In this document: in pieces, positions 1-14,100 of the stretch
Layout: each line of letters starts with the position of its first letter
Position numbering within the stretch: position 1 is the stretch's first letter
Assembly: GCA_964187785.1 (NCBI GenBank)
Contig: OZ076409.1
Span: forward strand, 42,844,001 to 42,908,000
From: Amphiscolops sp. MND2022
Taxonomy: Eukaryota
DNA: 64,000 bases
Direction: 5' to 3'
Translations under genes and position numbers: made by a program
The notes under the pieces: model-generated
Told to the model about the DNA's origin: nothing
The model's database searches: none
Seen by the model: the letters and a program-made list of their open reading frames with translations, nothing else

Positions 1-191
1 ACTATTTTAATTTGAATTCTCCAAGTGTTTGGTCGTATTGACTCCAAGACATTCTTGTCAGGTTTATTGTTTATATTAGTAGCATTAATGAGTTTGCTCA
101 ATATAAAGTTAGCTTCGTACGCTGAGTATATTCAACCAAAATGAAGTTTACTGCATGTAAAAGTGGATTTTGCAATACCCACATGTTCTAG

Positions 192-692
192 ATAAAGCAC
201 AAACACTACATGGCCGCCGTGAAGACAAGCCAGATGATCTACGATCAGCAATCGTCTGAAAAAAGTGGCACTTCAGCCTCAAGTCCCGATGACATCGATT
301 CAAAGGCCAACGAGTTGAAGGAAATGGCAAACGTGGAGAAAATGCTGAGTGACGAGTTGAGTAAAGTTGATGCACAAGAAAAGGGACTCTCGGTTATAAC
401 TGGCAGTGTTTCTGCCAATGCCACATCTGACTTTGTTGGCTCCATGGGTTCCGTCTCAGAAGACAAGAACGGGAGGCTTGCTTCTAGCCGAAACACGAAG
501 GACGAAAGCTCGCCTGCCTCAGTGAGGTTTTCAGACTCGAGTGTTGCTGAAAATGGCAGAATCAAATCTGGGGGTTCTAAAGAGAAGAAGAAAGACAAAA
601 AAGAGGAGCAGCCTTTGTTAAGTGCCGCCAGTATGGATGATAGTGTGAAAATATCGGTGGAGGAAGAGGATACGAACAGTGTGAAAACGTGA
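192..692 (+). CDS. Probable terminal coding exon of an unidentified host gene (Ser/Glu/Lys-rich disordered C-terminus)
   Basis: Acceptor-like ttctag ends at 191; open frame IKHKHYMAAVKT...NSVKT* to TGA 692; no TE motifs. Confidence 0.5.
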   Translation: MKHKHYMAAVKTSQMIYDQQSSEKSGTSASSPDDIDSKANELKEMANVEKMLSDELSKVDAQEKGLSVITGSVSANATSDFVGSMGSVSEDKNGRLASSRNTKDESSPASVRFSDSSVAENGRIKSGGSKEKKKDKKEEQPLLSAASMDDSVKISVEEEDTNSVKT

Positions 693-1785
693 ACCACACC
701 ATCACTCAGTCTATGGATCCTTTCATAAACTTAACTCACTTGTATTTTAATCCTCTAAGCCAAGCCAATCCAAAAAGCGAATAGCGTCGCAATATATTGG
801 TGTTAACCTTTTGTTGTAGAGAAACGAGACCGATCCATCTCACTAACACAGTAGCCAGCCACATTTTATTCAAGACGATATTTCAGCACGAACTTCACAA
901 GAAAGCATTCCAACTTAGTTTTGTACGTGCCTGATAGTAAATTTGGTCATAACCACCTTGTACAATTGAGTAGCTGTGCACATACTTTTAAACTCAGTGA
1001 CTCATCTTAAAGACGAAAAACTGATTTCGAATAGAAATAGTCTCATATCAACTTCAATCCAACTTCTAGTGTTCCTTTTTAAAAGGAATATTATATGGGT
1101 AGGTAGTTGATCAAATATAGGGTCAACTTCAAATTTTAATCCTTCAGCTTCCTATTCGATTAGAAAATAAATGATTCTATGAAGTTGGAATGAGATATGT
1201 GCAGTTCATTGACTGTTTATTTCTTTTCCGAACTTATTTCTTTGTAGAGCTTTCCCTCCGTTTTCAACACCAAATAGAACTTTAATGTTTGTAAAACTTT
1301 GTTCACTTCGCATGGATGATCGAACAAACGTTTTCCTTCTGGAAGTTGAAACGTTTCGTATGAGCATTAATCTGAAATTTTGATCTATTCCATGTTTTAA
1401 TTTTTGCAATTATTGGAATAATTTAATGTTTTTAAGATAGTTTACTTATCTTCCTCTAATATTTTTTAGAGAAACGTGGATGCCATTAAGACTTTCAATA
1501 TTTGAGGTATAAGCTTTATAACGAGTGAACATTTTAAATTGAGAGGTATCTATCGGAAGTCACTTTGAATTTATCGATCAAAAATGTAACTACGGTTTTG
1601 TGTAATATCCTGCCAAAAAACGACCGAATCGTTGAAAAGCTTGACGATTTAGTGTTGTATCAATTAGGTAAATAGCATAAATGTCATAAAAGGTGGTTTT
1701 GTTAACGTGGTAAACCACCACGCAATTAATTGTTCGTTTATCTCTTGAACATTCTTTTTCATTGCTTGGATATTATACATTGTAT

Positions 1786-2667
1786 CAGGGGCGGAAATAA
1801 AACACGGAGTGAAATCGCGTGAAATTCCATGTAATTCGACTAGTCAAATCACTCCGTGATAGAGCATGAAATTACAGCTCAATAAGTAAAATGGTGTGTA
1901 AAATAACACAATTACCGCCATCGTATACCCCTTTTATCGTTAATACATAATAATTTAATCACTTATTAACTAATTCATTTCTTCCCTCGTCTTCTGCGTC
2001 GGAAGAGCGAACATTCTCGTATTTCAATAAATTACTAAGCGAAGAAAGGGAAAATTTGCATGAAACTACCATAAATCACCTTCTGTTTCTTTGTCAATGC
2101 AAAATTTATTGAATAAGTACCGTATATTCCGGCAAATAAGCCCCCCTTTTTTGAATTTTTGGTGGTCAAAAGATTGGGGGGGGGGGCTTATACGACGAAC
2201 ATAAAACGAAGACGTTTTTTCAGAATAAAAATTTTGGCATGATCACTATTCACCCATTTGATGACGAGTTGGATGACGTTGCAGTTGATTTTCATTTCGA
2301 AGAAGTTTCAGAGCCAGAGGAAATGACAGATGATGACTCCGATTTTAGTCCCTGAGAATTGAAAATTGAATTTATACCAAGAAAGTTCATTCAATTTACA
2401 CTTATTGAACTTTTATTTTTTATTTTTCTTGATTTATGGGGGGGCTTATATGACGAACATACAGTAAATCAACAATTTCCCTTTCAAAATTGGGGAGGGG
2501 GCTTATTTGCCGGAATATACGGTATGTGTTAATTGATTATTTTTTTGCGTGAAAAAGCGTGTTTTTTTATACATTTTCCGTAATTTTTCCGTGTAATTTG
2601 TTTGAATCTTACGTGAACTTTTCCGTGATTTTTCAGTTGTTATGTCCGTGTAATATTACCGCCCCTC
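1786..2667. mobile_element. hAT-like non-autonomous DNA transposon (MITE)
   Basis: Imperfect ~22-bp TIRs AGGGGCGGAAATAAAACACGGA / TCCGTGTAATATTACCGCCCCT; 8-bp flanking duplication CATTGTAT (1778-1785) / CATTGCAT (2668-2675). Confidence 0.75.
2120..2522. mobile_element. Tc1/mariner superfamily (pogo/Tigger-like) MITE nested in the hAT-like MITE
   Basis: Perfect 26-bp TIRs CCGTATATTCCGGCAAATAAGCCCCC; TA on both sides (2118-2119, 2523-2524); two internal GGGGGGCTTATAYGACGAACATA repeats. Confidence 0.9.
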
Positions 2668-5665
2668 CATTGCATACGTTGATTTAATGCATAAAAGGTG
2701 GTGTGATAGACATGAGCGTTCATTTCACATTGCCTGAAATAGGCAATGAAACTTGTTGCTGTATCAGATTTTCTGCTCCAATGATATGAACTGATAATTA
2801 TCATTTGATCAATAATCACCTTTTTCGCCTAATGGTTTTCCACATTAAATTGCCAAAATTTTCTTTGCGTTAAAAGGCTTCCAACTAAAATTTTTCTGAA
2901 AGAATGACTTGGAATCAATTTGGTTAGTGGAGCCGAATTGCACGTTTTGCTTTAATTGTCGAGAAATGATGGTCCAGACGCGACTGTAAATGCATGAGTG
3001 TCAAATTGACTCCTCCAAAAACTTTTTTCACTCAATTTTTTTGGGAGTAGTCCCAGTAGAAAGATAACCGAACCTCTGTATATTGCTTTAAATGGAGCTG
3101 ATTATCGTGATTTTGTTCTCATCTGAGATATACTTGGTCGGAAGTAGCAAAAATGTCACTAACAAGTTCAATTTTTTCTCGAAGTAGTTCCATTTTTTCA
3201 AATGAAGCCTAATCGAAAGCTTGTTAAACCGAACCATTTTTGCTCATTTTCCAAGATATTTTGACGTGAAAACTGCCGGTGGCATTTGGCCAATTTTAGG
3301 TTAGTTTCCGTCTTGTCTCCGTCTGCAATTGTCCAGTTGATTTCATCGGTATCGGAACCAATTTTCGAACTTTCGTTTTGTTTTTGAAGGTATTTTCTAT
3401 TCGAGTCGGTCGTTTTTCTCCGAAATTTCTGACTAATCTGACTAAACAAAGCGTACCTAAGCTCGTGATAAGCATATTGATTCATGTTAACTTTTTAAAA
3501 TGCAATTTTGGAAAAGATTCTTCAAACCGGGGTTCCTATTCTCCAATCGATTTTGCCACTTGATGCAAAAATCAAAGTTCTCTGAAGTATTTGCTTCCCT
3601 GGAACATAGGAGAGTCTTGGACCAGTGAAGTTGCCCATCAGGCGTGCAAAAGTCAGTAAACAAAATATTCCACCAGTGGTTCCCCTTCTTTCAAATGCAA
3701 CCCTATTACCCCTCAACCGAACCAAGAGAACTTAGATTACAGCAAATAGACCCTTGAACTGTACAATCAGGCCGAAAGGCATAATTCACGCAAATAAAAA
3801 CGGAAAACCAAATGACAGGTAATGTATTGCATTGGCTTCTAAAAACCATTTGAATGCATCTGGTGAGGCGTCCAATAATTCTTTAAACCAAAAACAAGTA
3901 TCCAGTACCATCGAAGCAAATAGTGCATTACTTTCAGCTTTCATCCGAAAGTAGGCAGCTATCGAGAACCACTTTTGAGATCGAAACGAACAAACAACCG
4001 AAATATTTGCAGATGTTCGTTCAGTTCAGTTGACAATTCAGTTGGAATTATCAGTAAACACTTCAAGAGAACTGACGAAATTTTGATGAAACTTTCACAC
4101 CATGGAGAAGCAGTTCTTCGAACGATCGGATAAGAACCCACGAGAACGATAAAGCAAATAATGGCCAACTTCTAGACACCTGATCTACAAAAACGTCAGC
4201 ATCATGGGGCAGCTTCACATATCGAAGCGAAAATGAAACGAAACTAATCTACTTTCACAAGACTCCAGCTGAGCACGGGGCTACTTCCATTCTGAAATAA
4301 ATTATTGACATCAGGTTTCTGTTAACTTTCATATCAAGGAAAACATTCGACCATTTTATAACCGTGCACAAAAAGGTATAGGAAATCGCAATTTTACTAT
4401 TTCTGGTTAATTTCGACAATTTTTATGTCTAGACGTCAACAATCCTTTGGAGCATTTGATACAAACATAAAGGTTACATCGTTGAATCCATTGCAAAAAT
4501 TATCTTTCGAGTATAGAATAAGAATAGCAACTTTTTAGAAAACCTAGTGTGAGAGTATTTGTTTCACATATAAAACATCGACAAAAAACGTGCAATTTGG
4601 AAAAACTGCAAATGGGAACGTTACCGTATTTTGCTTTGAACGATGCAGGCATTTATTGTCCCTTTTCGCCATTTTCGTGGAAATTTAAGGCTTTGGCATA
4701 TTCGTGGAAACTGACAAAAGCGTGCTTTGATGATGCTCAATTGGTTTTTACGTAATAGACGATGCTTAAGGATAAGCTATGGATTGAAGACAGCGAAAAA
4801 ATTGTTTGAACCTTCTTACTCAGAATCAAACTGAGCGAAATTCACAGTTTCGTTTCTGTACGAAAAAGTGATGAGCCGAAAAAGACCACTCTCCCACCTT
4901 TTGAGAACCTTCCTGATCGCGCTGAAATTTGGCATGCATATACTAGAGGTGTTAACTCAAGTATCGGTTGGATCCAACCGACCTCAAAACTCCCCTGGAT
5001 GCCAAGCAAATAGCAAGTGACCAAGATCCAACGGGGCGTCGCAAAGCTCGAATCAAGACATTTTACATGGAACCGTTAGACCATAAAATATTGGGCCCTT
5101 TGCGTATGTTTTTGGAACCCGAAGACAAGCCCACGGGGAACACGAAGCCTATGTAAACAAACCCTGAACGCAATGTAAGTCTTCAAAAGGTGTCCAAGAT
5201 ACCTCCGATCAACACTATGTAAAATACATGAGGGGAACTTCAGTCGGCACATTGCGCGCGGAGAATTGTTTATTGAAGGTACGCGGGACACTCAGTTTTA
5301 TTTTTGTTTAAAGGACGTAGACTTCTCAGTTTCCCGAACAGATTTTTAAAAGTCTTCGAGCTTGCAACCTGTAAGATGTATGATTATAGACTGGCTGCAA
5401 ACATTCAATCATTAGACCATTTGGAGGGAAATTGTTTGATTTTAGGCAGTCAGAGAACTGATGCCACTGAATTTTTAAATACACTGAATAGTTTTAAACG
5501 TGCGAGTTTTCTGCTGGACAACGTTTGTCGAAGGAGACGAACCTCAAAGAGTTGGCGTCAAAGTCCGGGTTTCCCGACCAGGCCGATTATAATCTGACCA
5601 TATTATGGCACCATACAAATCATACAAAGTTCCTTACTATGATCTTGCTATGATCGGCCTGGAAT

Positions 5666-5797
5666 CATATATGGTCCAGAGTATGGTCAGCCTGAAACCA
5701 TAAACTTTTATGGTTCAGTATGGAACCATATATGGTCCAGAATATGGACAGCCTGAAATCATAAATGGTCCAGAGTATGGACAACCTGAAATCATAA
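5666..5797. repeat. 33-bp minisatellite, 3 copies
   Basis: ATGGTCCAGARTATGGWCARCCTGAAAYCATAA at ~5671, 5732, 5765. Confidence 0.8.
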
Positions 5798-7559
5798 AAA
5801 CCCAAAAGTTCAATTCTTATCAGACAAATGTCGGACAAGGCAACCACTTGCGCACAAGGTGCACAAAAATTTGTTGCCGAGGTCCTTATGCTGTATTTTT
5901 AGGGAGGCACTCAGCTCCTGAGATACATACATAGTATCGCACTTGACGAAACCCACGACAAAAACGTGGCCTCCTTCGGGTCTCAGAAAAAGTAAATCAC
6001 AATAAGCTCCAGGGAATTGATACTGCAGTGAAATCTGAAATCGAATTCAATAGCTTTACATGTATCATGGTAGTTGATGCATTTGAATGACACTAAAACC
6101 TGTTTTATTAGAGCCGAAAAACTCTTTATCAAACTGCAGATCATAAGGTCATACATTGACAACGATAGATTGGAAAAATGAAAGCTCCTGGTTACCTTAT
6201 AATGCAGTTAAACCTTGAATCGAATTTAGATAAGGTGTTGGTATGATGGTAATTGATGCAATTGAATGATTCCAAAACCTGTTTTAACATGGTCGAAAAA
6301 CTTTTTAAACTGCAGTTAAACATGCCCATGAGACGTAAAAGTGACATAAGGATATATTTTTAGAACTTCTCAGAGCGTGTACTCCCAGCATGCTTCAAAT
6401 GGTCCTTCCTGAGCCTCTATACAATACTATTCGAAGAAAAACTTCTTTTCCTTTTTTTCAACAGTTCCAAGTCTCAAATTATACAATGAAAATACACCTA
6501 AACTTTCAAAAACATTTTGGGTCGAGCGTGTGCAGAGTGCACGGTAGGGCCCGCCTATGGCAATTCACCTGCAGGGTTCATGATTAAAGCAATTAACAGT
6601 GTATTTTCGACTATAAATGCCACTATAGTGATGTAGCAAGAAAAAGGTAAAAAGAGTTGAAAAGAGATCGTACAAAGTCTAGATCTCGAAAAGTGTCCTT
6701 AAACATGAGTTGTCTCTTCTAAGATGGAGTATGTGTGGTCTTAACTAGAAGTTTGCACTTAGGTGACTTTGACAGCTGTTGAGAGGAAAATTGCGATTTC
6801 TGTGTTTTTCACTACTACGTCTCGTGGACAGTTTTTCGGCAGACCAAGAATGTTAAAATGGTCTAATCACTGTGCAAATCGCTTCAACAAATCCTAGCAC
6901 GTGTGTCTAGTGTAAAAGTGAGGTCGTTACTGCACTTTTTTTATTTCAGACGGTGTCTATCGAGGAGTTTTTGTGCAAATTTTGAAAAAGTCAGCTATTT
7001 TTGCATCAGAGGAAACAATTTAAAGCCGTTCCATTTAGAAAGATTTACAAGTTTGTTTGTGCTCTAAAACATTAACAAACCTCCATCTGGCACTGTTAAA
7101 CTTCCAGGTTGACTATCTCTTTGAAGCCAACAGAAAACTTCATCAGAATGATGTTTTCGATCGTCAAAAAATCAAAAGGTTGGAACTTTAGGCAACTATT
7201 TACCAAACTCAATCAAGGTGTATATGAAACTCTGTTCGAAGGCGTAGATGCATTGCACCGTTGCCACAACCCAATTATCTGACAGGGAATGAAATGAGGG
7301 ATCGAACAACAAACTACCAGCATAGTTTCCAGAAAGACTCTGGTCCACACTTAAAAGCTGCAAAGAACAACGGAACTTTAGGTATTTTTTCTTCAGAGGC
7401 TGGGAGAAAACTATTCACAAGAGAAAACATCCGGAACGAACATACGCCTGAATCAAGAAAAACTAACTCCTTGCTTTCATCCTCTTGAAACCCCCACAAA
7501 AATCTAGTTTTTTGCCAAAAGCGGTAAATGCGTGGTGGAACTGAAAGCACGCGCTTTTT

Positions 7560-9900
7560 AGGATCAATGTGGTTTTTTAGATATTAACAAAACACAACAG
7601 CACCATGCTTCCACGTTTCAGCTACTCGTTGAATGCAGAGTAATAAACGAACAAACAACAAGAATCAACATGTCGTTTCCATGATAAGTAGTTAGAAATA
7701 ATGAAACCAAGGTCATCAATTTTCCGACAAAGGGAAGAAGATTGCAGCCAAGCATCAATTGGACGGTATTGTTTTTGCAACTAAAATCAATAACTTTACA
7801 CTTTGGGGGTGAAAGTCAAGATATTGTTCAATTCGCTCCATTCAGAAAGACTGTCAATGTCGTCTTGAACTGTTTGTGCATTGAGGTGAATAAAGACCTT
7901 ACGGTCATCAGCAAAGTATCGGAATTTGCTGTCTTGTGTGACAGACCCAACGGATCCAACACTATACCCTGGGGCACACCTTGATGTATCAGGTGAGGCA
8001 GACGAGATAGATGGATTTATACGCACACTCTGGTAGCGCTCAAGCAGATAAGAGTTGAATAACTCTAGAAATACGATCGAAATGAGATTTTTCAGGTTTT
8101 GACGGCAACAAATGATGTGAATCAGAGTCGAAAGCCTTTGTGACATCAAAATAGTCAGGAACGGCAAACGAATCACAATCACAAGAACCATAAACACTGT
8201 CAAGGTAGTTGATCGTTTGCGAAACAGTGATTCTAGGTAATATGAAATCATGTTGTTCACGCTTAATCATTTGATTAATTGTAGGGTTGATAAAATTAAA
8301 CAAGAATCTTCCAAGGACAAGAGAGAGTTCAGGCAGAAAAATAATTGGTCTGTAATTTGTGATGTCCGATTGATTTCCAGACGTATGTAGACGAATCACA
8401 AGATAAATATTCCCTTGAGGTGACCTGGTACGGTTCCGTATGATCCACCTGAATAAATCAAAACCAAGAGGCGCAAGGAGCTCAGAACAGCTAATTAGAA
8501 CAAAAGATGGATTACTGTCAGCAACAGGTTCACTAAAATCGAGGCTTTTTCTCATTAGATCTTCAACATCGGGGACAGCTGGTGGTTATCTAGTTTAATT
8601 GAATGGTTATCAAAGGTCTCTAGAAACTGATAAGCACCTTTTTCATAGATGAGCAGACGCAAAATAAACGCAAAAACTAAGAAGATTTTTCATGATCGCT
8701 ATTGAGAAATTTGGTGTTGTGAAACATTACCGAGGATAGTGTCTTGCTGAGTACCAGGCTGCGTAACAACTTGAAGCTCAGCCTAGAAGACAAAAAATCA
8801 AACTGATTTACGAACAATTGTTTGTCTAGCTCAATAGAATCAAAAATAGCTGTTGTAACTTTTTTGAGTTTGATAGCTTGCAGGAAAGTACTGTACTTTG
8901 ATAATTTACGAAGAACTGTCTCTCTGGTCTTTGAAAAATGAATAGTTTGAGAAGAATAGTAGACTAGTATAAAAGCAGTTATAGTTGTTTAGCACGATTA
9001 GTTGTTTAACGATGACGATGGAATCAGATACCACTCTTCGTGATAGTGACTGCTGGAGACATTACCGAAACTGATTAGATTAAGCAACAACGGATTAGGT
9101 TAAACAACAATGGAACGAAATCACAATAAAAGATGATCTCGAAAGAGCATTCTTGTAAGAGTTTGGAGACACAGAGGAAGTGAAATCAAAGTATTATGGA
9201 TAATGATCGGAGAGTAGAACATAACTAATTGACAGGGCTAAACTTTGACAACCGCAGAACACAAAGTTTATTTTATTTTATTGGGTTATCTCATGAACCA
9301 ACTGAACTAAGTCTATTTTGAGAATAAAGTCAAGAAAAGAGCGTCCCAATAAAGAAGTTGAAGAGCAGGATTTCCAGTCGATATTGGGGAAGTTAAAAGC
9401 ACCAAGTATGTTTACATTAAAGGTACCAGTGTAGCTAAATTGTAGCAGGCTATCAAGGATTTTTTCATGATAAGCTTCCATACACCGAAATACTTCGGAA
9501 AAGCTACAGAGTATTTAGAAAAGTAGTAGGGAGGGTTGTACACCAAAATAAAGAACGTCGGAACTTCACTGAGAATTACACAAGCAATAGCAGAACAAAA
9601 TTTCTCGAAGGTAATATTAATGGAACCATTTGGAATGTTCGACCAAGGGGCAATTAGTTTGCCACCATGTTCACCGCGACTTCTATCAGTGCGCGCAATA
9701 GTACGATGAGAGGAACCAAAATTTCTGAGTTAGTATTTTCTTCATATCCCATCTTTCCATAAAAAAAACGAAGGTAACAGAGTTAGAATTGCACAGTTGG
9801 ACTAAATTCATACGTTGTTCCAATGGACGTAATGATTGATAATTCATTAGCATACATCTCCGAGAGTCTAGCCAAGTAGCATCAACTTCAACTTCTTTGT
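7560..9900 (-). pseudogene. Highly decayed CR1/L2-like LINE ORF2 (APE endonuclease + RT)
   Basis: Fragments ILGAFNFPNIDW, NYRPI, YFDVTKAFD, FADD in several minus-strand frames. Confidence 0.85.
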
Positions 9901-10624
9901 TTTGAAAATCGAGTTTTAGGTTTCGTATACGGAAATCTTTCCTGACTTTATTTTCTGCGTGGATCATAGGATACCTTTTGGATAGAATAATCTTTTTACG
10001 TTGGCGATTAGCAGAAAATAAAAGTTATTAGATGTAAACACGATAGTCGAATGTTTGGAGTTGGTGACTGCGAGCAAAGCAGTGGTTCCTGAAGAGAGGA
10101 GTTCTTACAATAACAAATGTGGGACGACAACGTGAATGAGAAGAGTTCATTCCCATTTCATATTCCCTAATAGGTTTTTGGCTGTTGCTCGAGTTAGAAT
10201 GGACTTGACCTGAATTTGTGGTCATTCGGCTGGAAAATATTAAGCCAAACGACTCTTAGAAAAAGTCAAGCGAAATGACTTTCGGCGACATTGACCTGAG
10301 GCGACATTGAATGACCTTCATGGATGATCCGAGTCATTAAAGGAGAAATCCTAAGAACTGGAAAATGTAGGATTCATTAGCTGCGCTTTCCGAAAAATAA
10401 ACTTACCAGGTTGAGGCTCGTGTTCCCAAGATCCGCTCGCCACTAATGTTTTTGACAAAGAATGATAATCAAAGTATAATTGAAGAGAGAGATCTCTATG
10501 AGTGCATACGTAGTCGAAAACGAATAGTTGTGTGTCACCTACCTAATGACCTTCACGGAATTAGTTTAGTGACTATGATCTACGTCATTTGAGGGTGAAA
10601 TAGTTCTTTGCATAAATCAAAAAC

Positions 10625-11100
10625 TTGTTTTTTTTTATTGAGTGGGGTGCCGACTTGGGCCGGTCGAGGCTTGTTTCCCGTGCTTTTCACTAGACTTGTG
10701 GAAGTGAAAGTGCGGAAGAGTATTGGAACAACGTAAAGGCACAGTGGTCAAACTAGCATACCCATAATAAAGGTCAGTATGGAATACAGGAAGACGGTGC
10801 TGACAAGATTAAAAAACAATCATTCACCTTTTTTCCGGATTGATTAACAAGCATTTTCTTAAAATATACTCTTGGCTCGACTGGTTATGTAATGATTTAA
10901 AGCTGTTCAAATTTATTGAAAATGAAAACACAAGAAGGTATATGAATTTGAGATGATTATGACTGAAAAAGTTCAATGACGCTTGAAAAAAGTGATGACT
11001 GGGATTCTGCCACTTAGGAGAATGAGGATGATTTCGTTTACATTTACATGAAATGTCAGTTTTTGGAAACGACTTCAATTTTGATCGAACGATTTTTCAG
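10625..11100 (-). mobile_element. 3' fragment of a LINE with polyA tail
   Basis: Minus strand reads AATAAA into an A-run at ~10630-10640, preceded by a stem-loop-like 3' UTR and a LINE-C-terminus-like ORF. Confidence 0.5.
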
Positions 11101-11119
11101 TATGGCAGGCTACACTTCA

Positions 11120-14100
11120 AGTGATTATCTGCAACGAATCACCACCGAGGACCTCGAAGAACAGTTGATTCTGAAAACCAACGCTCAGTTCTGGATGATA
11201 GAGAAACATGCCTTCTACTAGAATCGCATCATCCAGTAGAGATGAAGATGAGGGCTCGTCACACCTGATTAAATGCACAGGAAAAGGGCAGAACGGAAAG
11301 GGCTGTGTGGTGTGTATCCCTACCTGGCTCCCAAAAAATACCCAGATTATTCATGAATCGTCCTTTTTGTGCAGCTTCTTTGGTTTCGGAGCTTCGTGAG
11401 AAGCAATCCAAAGACCCTGAGCAATACCCATTTACTGGTAAACTTTCCAGCCTATTCAACGCTGATTCTAACGAGCAGTATGGAAGGCGAGATAACGGCA
11501 GAATATTCGGACTGAAAGAAGAAGCCGATGAGGATGTCTACCAAAAAGTTGTTGATGTTGCTATGAAAGTGGGACAAATTTCAAAAACAGACATCAGCAT
11601 ATGTCACCGGGTACCTAGCAAAAACTTGATAAACGATGAAGGGCGCCCTATCATTGTGAAATTTGAACGCAGACAAACAAAAAGTGGGCCGATGGCGCAC
11701 AAAAAATAACTGAAAGGTTGTGATGAAAAATTCTTTATCAACGACGACATCACTCTGTTGAGGGCGCGATTCGCCAAAACGTTCAGCATGCTAGCCGATA
11801 TCAAATCTATGGTCATGTTAAATGAGAAAGATGTCATTTATAATACTGATGAATCTAAAATTACTTTTGAGAGTCTGTTCAAGCTATATGATTGCGGTCC
11901 AGATTTCATCCAGATTTCCTGTTTGCAAGAGGAGCTTACAATTTTGTTAGGGGACCTCTTAGTTATACACTAAAACGTAAAAAAATTACAGCGTAAACGT
12001 GAACAAATTTGCAAAACTGATGCCCCTGATAATGTTGAAAACCAATGGATTCTACACCTAGATGTGATATCTATCGACCTTCATTTTGAGGAATTGGAAA
12101 CATTGATAGAACCTTTTGGAGTTTACTGCTCCGAAACGTGGATAGTTGAATCAACCGCTGAAGACCTTTATGTCTTGTATTATTATGCACCAATGAAATT
12201 TCATCCAGGAAAAACTATAGAAATGAAGGTGTGGTAATATACGTTCATGGATCACTCTCTTTTGAGATAATAAAATTTGGCACTGAAATTGATTTGAAAT
12301 ACCTTGCAAATAATTGTACTAATCTAGAATGGAGAAAACTAGTGTAGTTTGTTTATACAATTCACCCTCGGTCAATAAACAGTACTTCTTGGAGCACTTT
12401 AAAGTTTTTCGTGAAAGTTGTTGTCAGATGAGCAACTGTTTTCGTGTTGGTGACATGAATATCGATCTACTTGAAACATCTGCGATTGGTATTAGGCATT
12501 TAAACTCTTTGAAATTGAATGGGTGTTATCAAGGTCGAAAAGAGCCTACGCGTGTTACACCTACCTCAAAGTCACTTTTTGATCACATTGTACATTATGA
12601 TTGCGTAAGCAAGCTTGAGTTTCGTGTCATCAAAACCAATTTTGCAGACCATTATGCAACTTATGTCTATTTGGATATACCACGAAAATATCCATTCGTT
12701 TTCAATAAACCAGGGCAACAATGCTATTTCTTCGAAATAGGTATCACAAAGAGAAGTACTTAAACTACTAGTTTAAGTACTTCTCTTTGTGATACCTATT
12801 TCTAAGAAATAGCATTGTTGCCCTGGTTTATTGGAAACGAATGGATATTTTCTTGGTATATTTAAATGGACATAAGTTGCATAATGGTCTGTAAAATTGG
12901 TTTTGATGACACGAAACTCAAGATTGCTTACGCAATAGTATTCAAGGCATTGTCTATATCTGTCAAATTTAAAACAGGACGTCGATATGTTAACTGACAG
13001 TTTGGCTGATGCACTCACAACAGCCGTCAACGTTTTCACTTTCAAAGAAAAAACAAAGATTGCAAAATCAAATAAAACTTGGTTCGACAAAGATGGAAAG
13101 AAAAGCATGATCAGACAAAATTTCGCGTTTAACAGATACAGATCGCACTCCGTCTATCAAAGTTAAATACCCAAAAATGAGAAATCGCGTCTGCGAACTC
13201 CTGCGGTCGAATAAACGAGAACACATTAATGATCGACTTACCCGATTCTTGAATCTGCCGAAACGATTTATCAATGAATTGAATCAATTAACTGGTAGAC
13301 AGAAGAACTGTAACTTCATAATCCTGAACAATGAAAACAAATTGAACACAGATGATTTAGCCGGATCAAACTTGTTCAATGAGAGGTTTGATTCGATAAC
13401 CAAAATTTTAGCCGCTTCAATTCCCACTGTTCCATTCACTACTGAAGAATTAGGTAATAGTAAAAAGTCTCTCTTTTTCTATCCTACTGATTCCCTGGAA
13501 ATCTCTAAATTTGTACGGAACCTTAAGAACCAAAAAGCTGCTGAATTAGATGGCTTAACAGCTGAAATTTTAAAAGTTAGCCTTGATGTGATCTGTGATA
13601 GACTGACACACCTTGTCAACGAATCGTTATCAAGTGGTGTTTTCCCGAAGATTTTGAAAACTGCGAAAGTGGTTCCAATCTTTATATCTGGGAAAAAGAG
13701 CAGTTGTAAGAATTATAGACCCATATCAATTTTATCGGTTCTGAGCAAAGTCTTTGAGCGGATAGTTTTCGAGAGACTGTATAAATTCATGCAAGTAAAC
13801 AATCTTTTCTATTGTCATCAATACGGATTCAGATCAAAAATGAGTACACTGCAAGCAGTAGCGGATATACCGGAACTGATCCGGAATAATATCATGTTGA
13901 TGTATCCCGTATGCTATTAGACCTAAGAAAAGTTTTTGAAACAATAAATCATGAAATCATATTAATCAAACTAGAGAGCTATGGTGTGAGAGGTAATTGC
14001 TCAGAATTTGCTCAGAATGGTTCAGGTCGTATCTCAATGATTGTACCCAATGCGTTGCTAGTAATCATCAGTATTCAAACACCCTAGCTGTTGAGTGCGT

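Noticed and set aside
245..697. 150-aa minus-strand ORF
   Set aside because: Antisense shadow of the plus-strand exon.
4964..4981. 18-bp palindrome TCGGTTGGATCCAACCGA
   Set aside because: Isolated; probably an old DNA-transposon end, with no partner TIR found.
5666..5797. CRISPR-like array
   Set aside because: Repeats are adjacent without unique spacers; eukaryotic context with no cas genes.
6024..6315. Degenerate ~115-bp direct repeat pair
   Set aside because: Too diverged; no boundaries or family assignable.
2700..7560. Short ORFs, possible old transposase remnants
   Set aside because: No recognisable motif could be supported.
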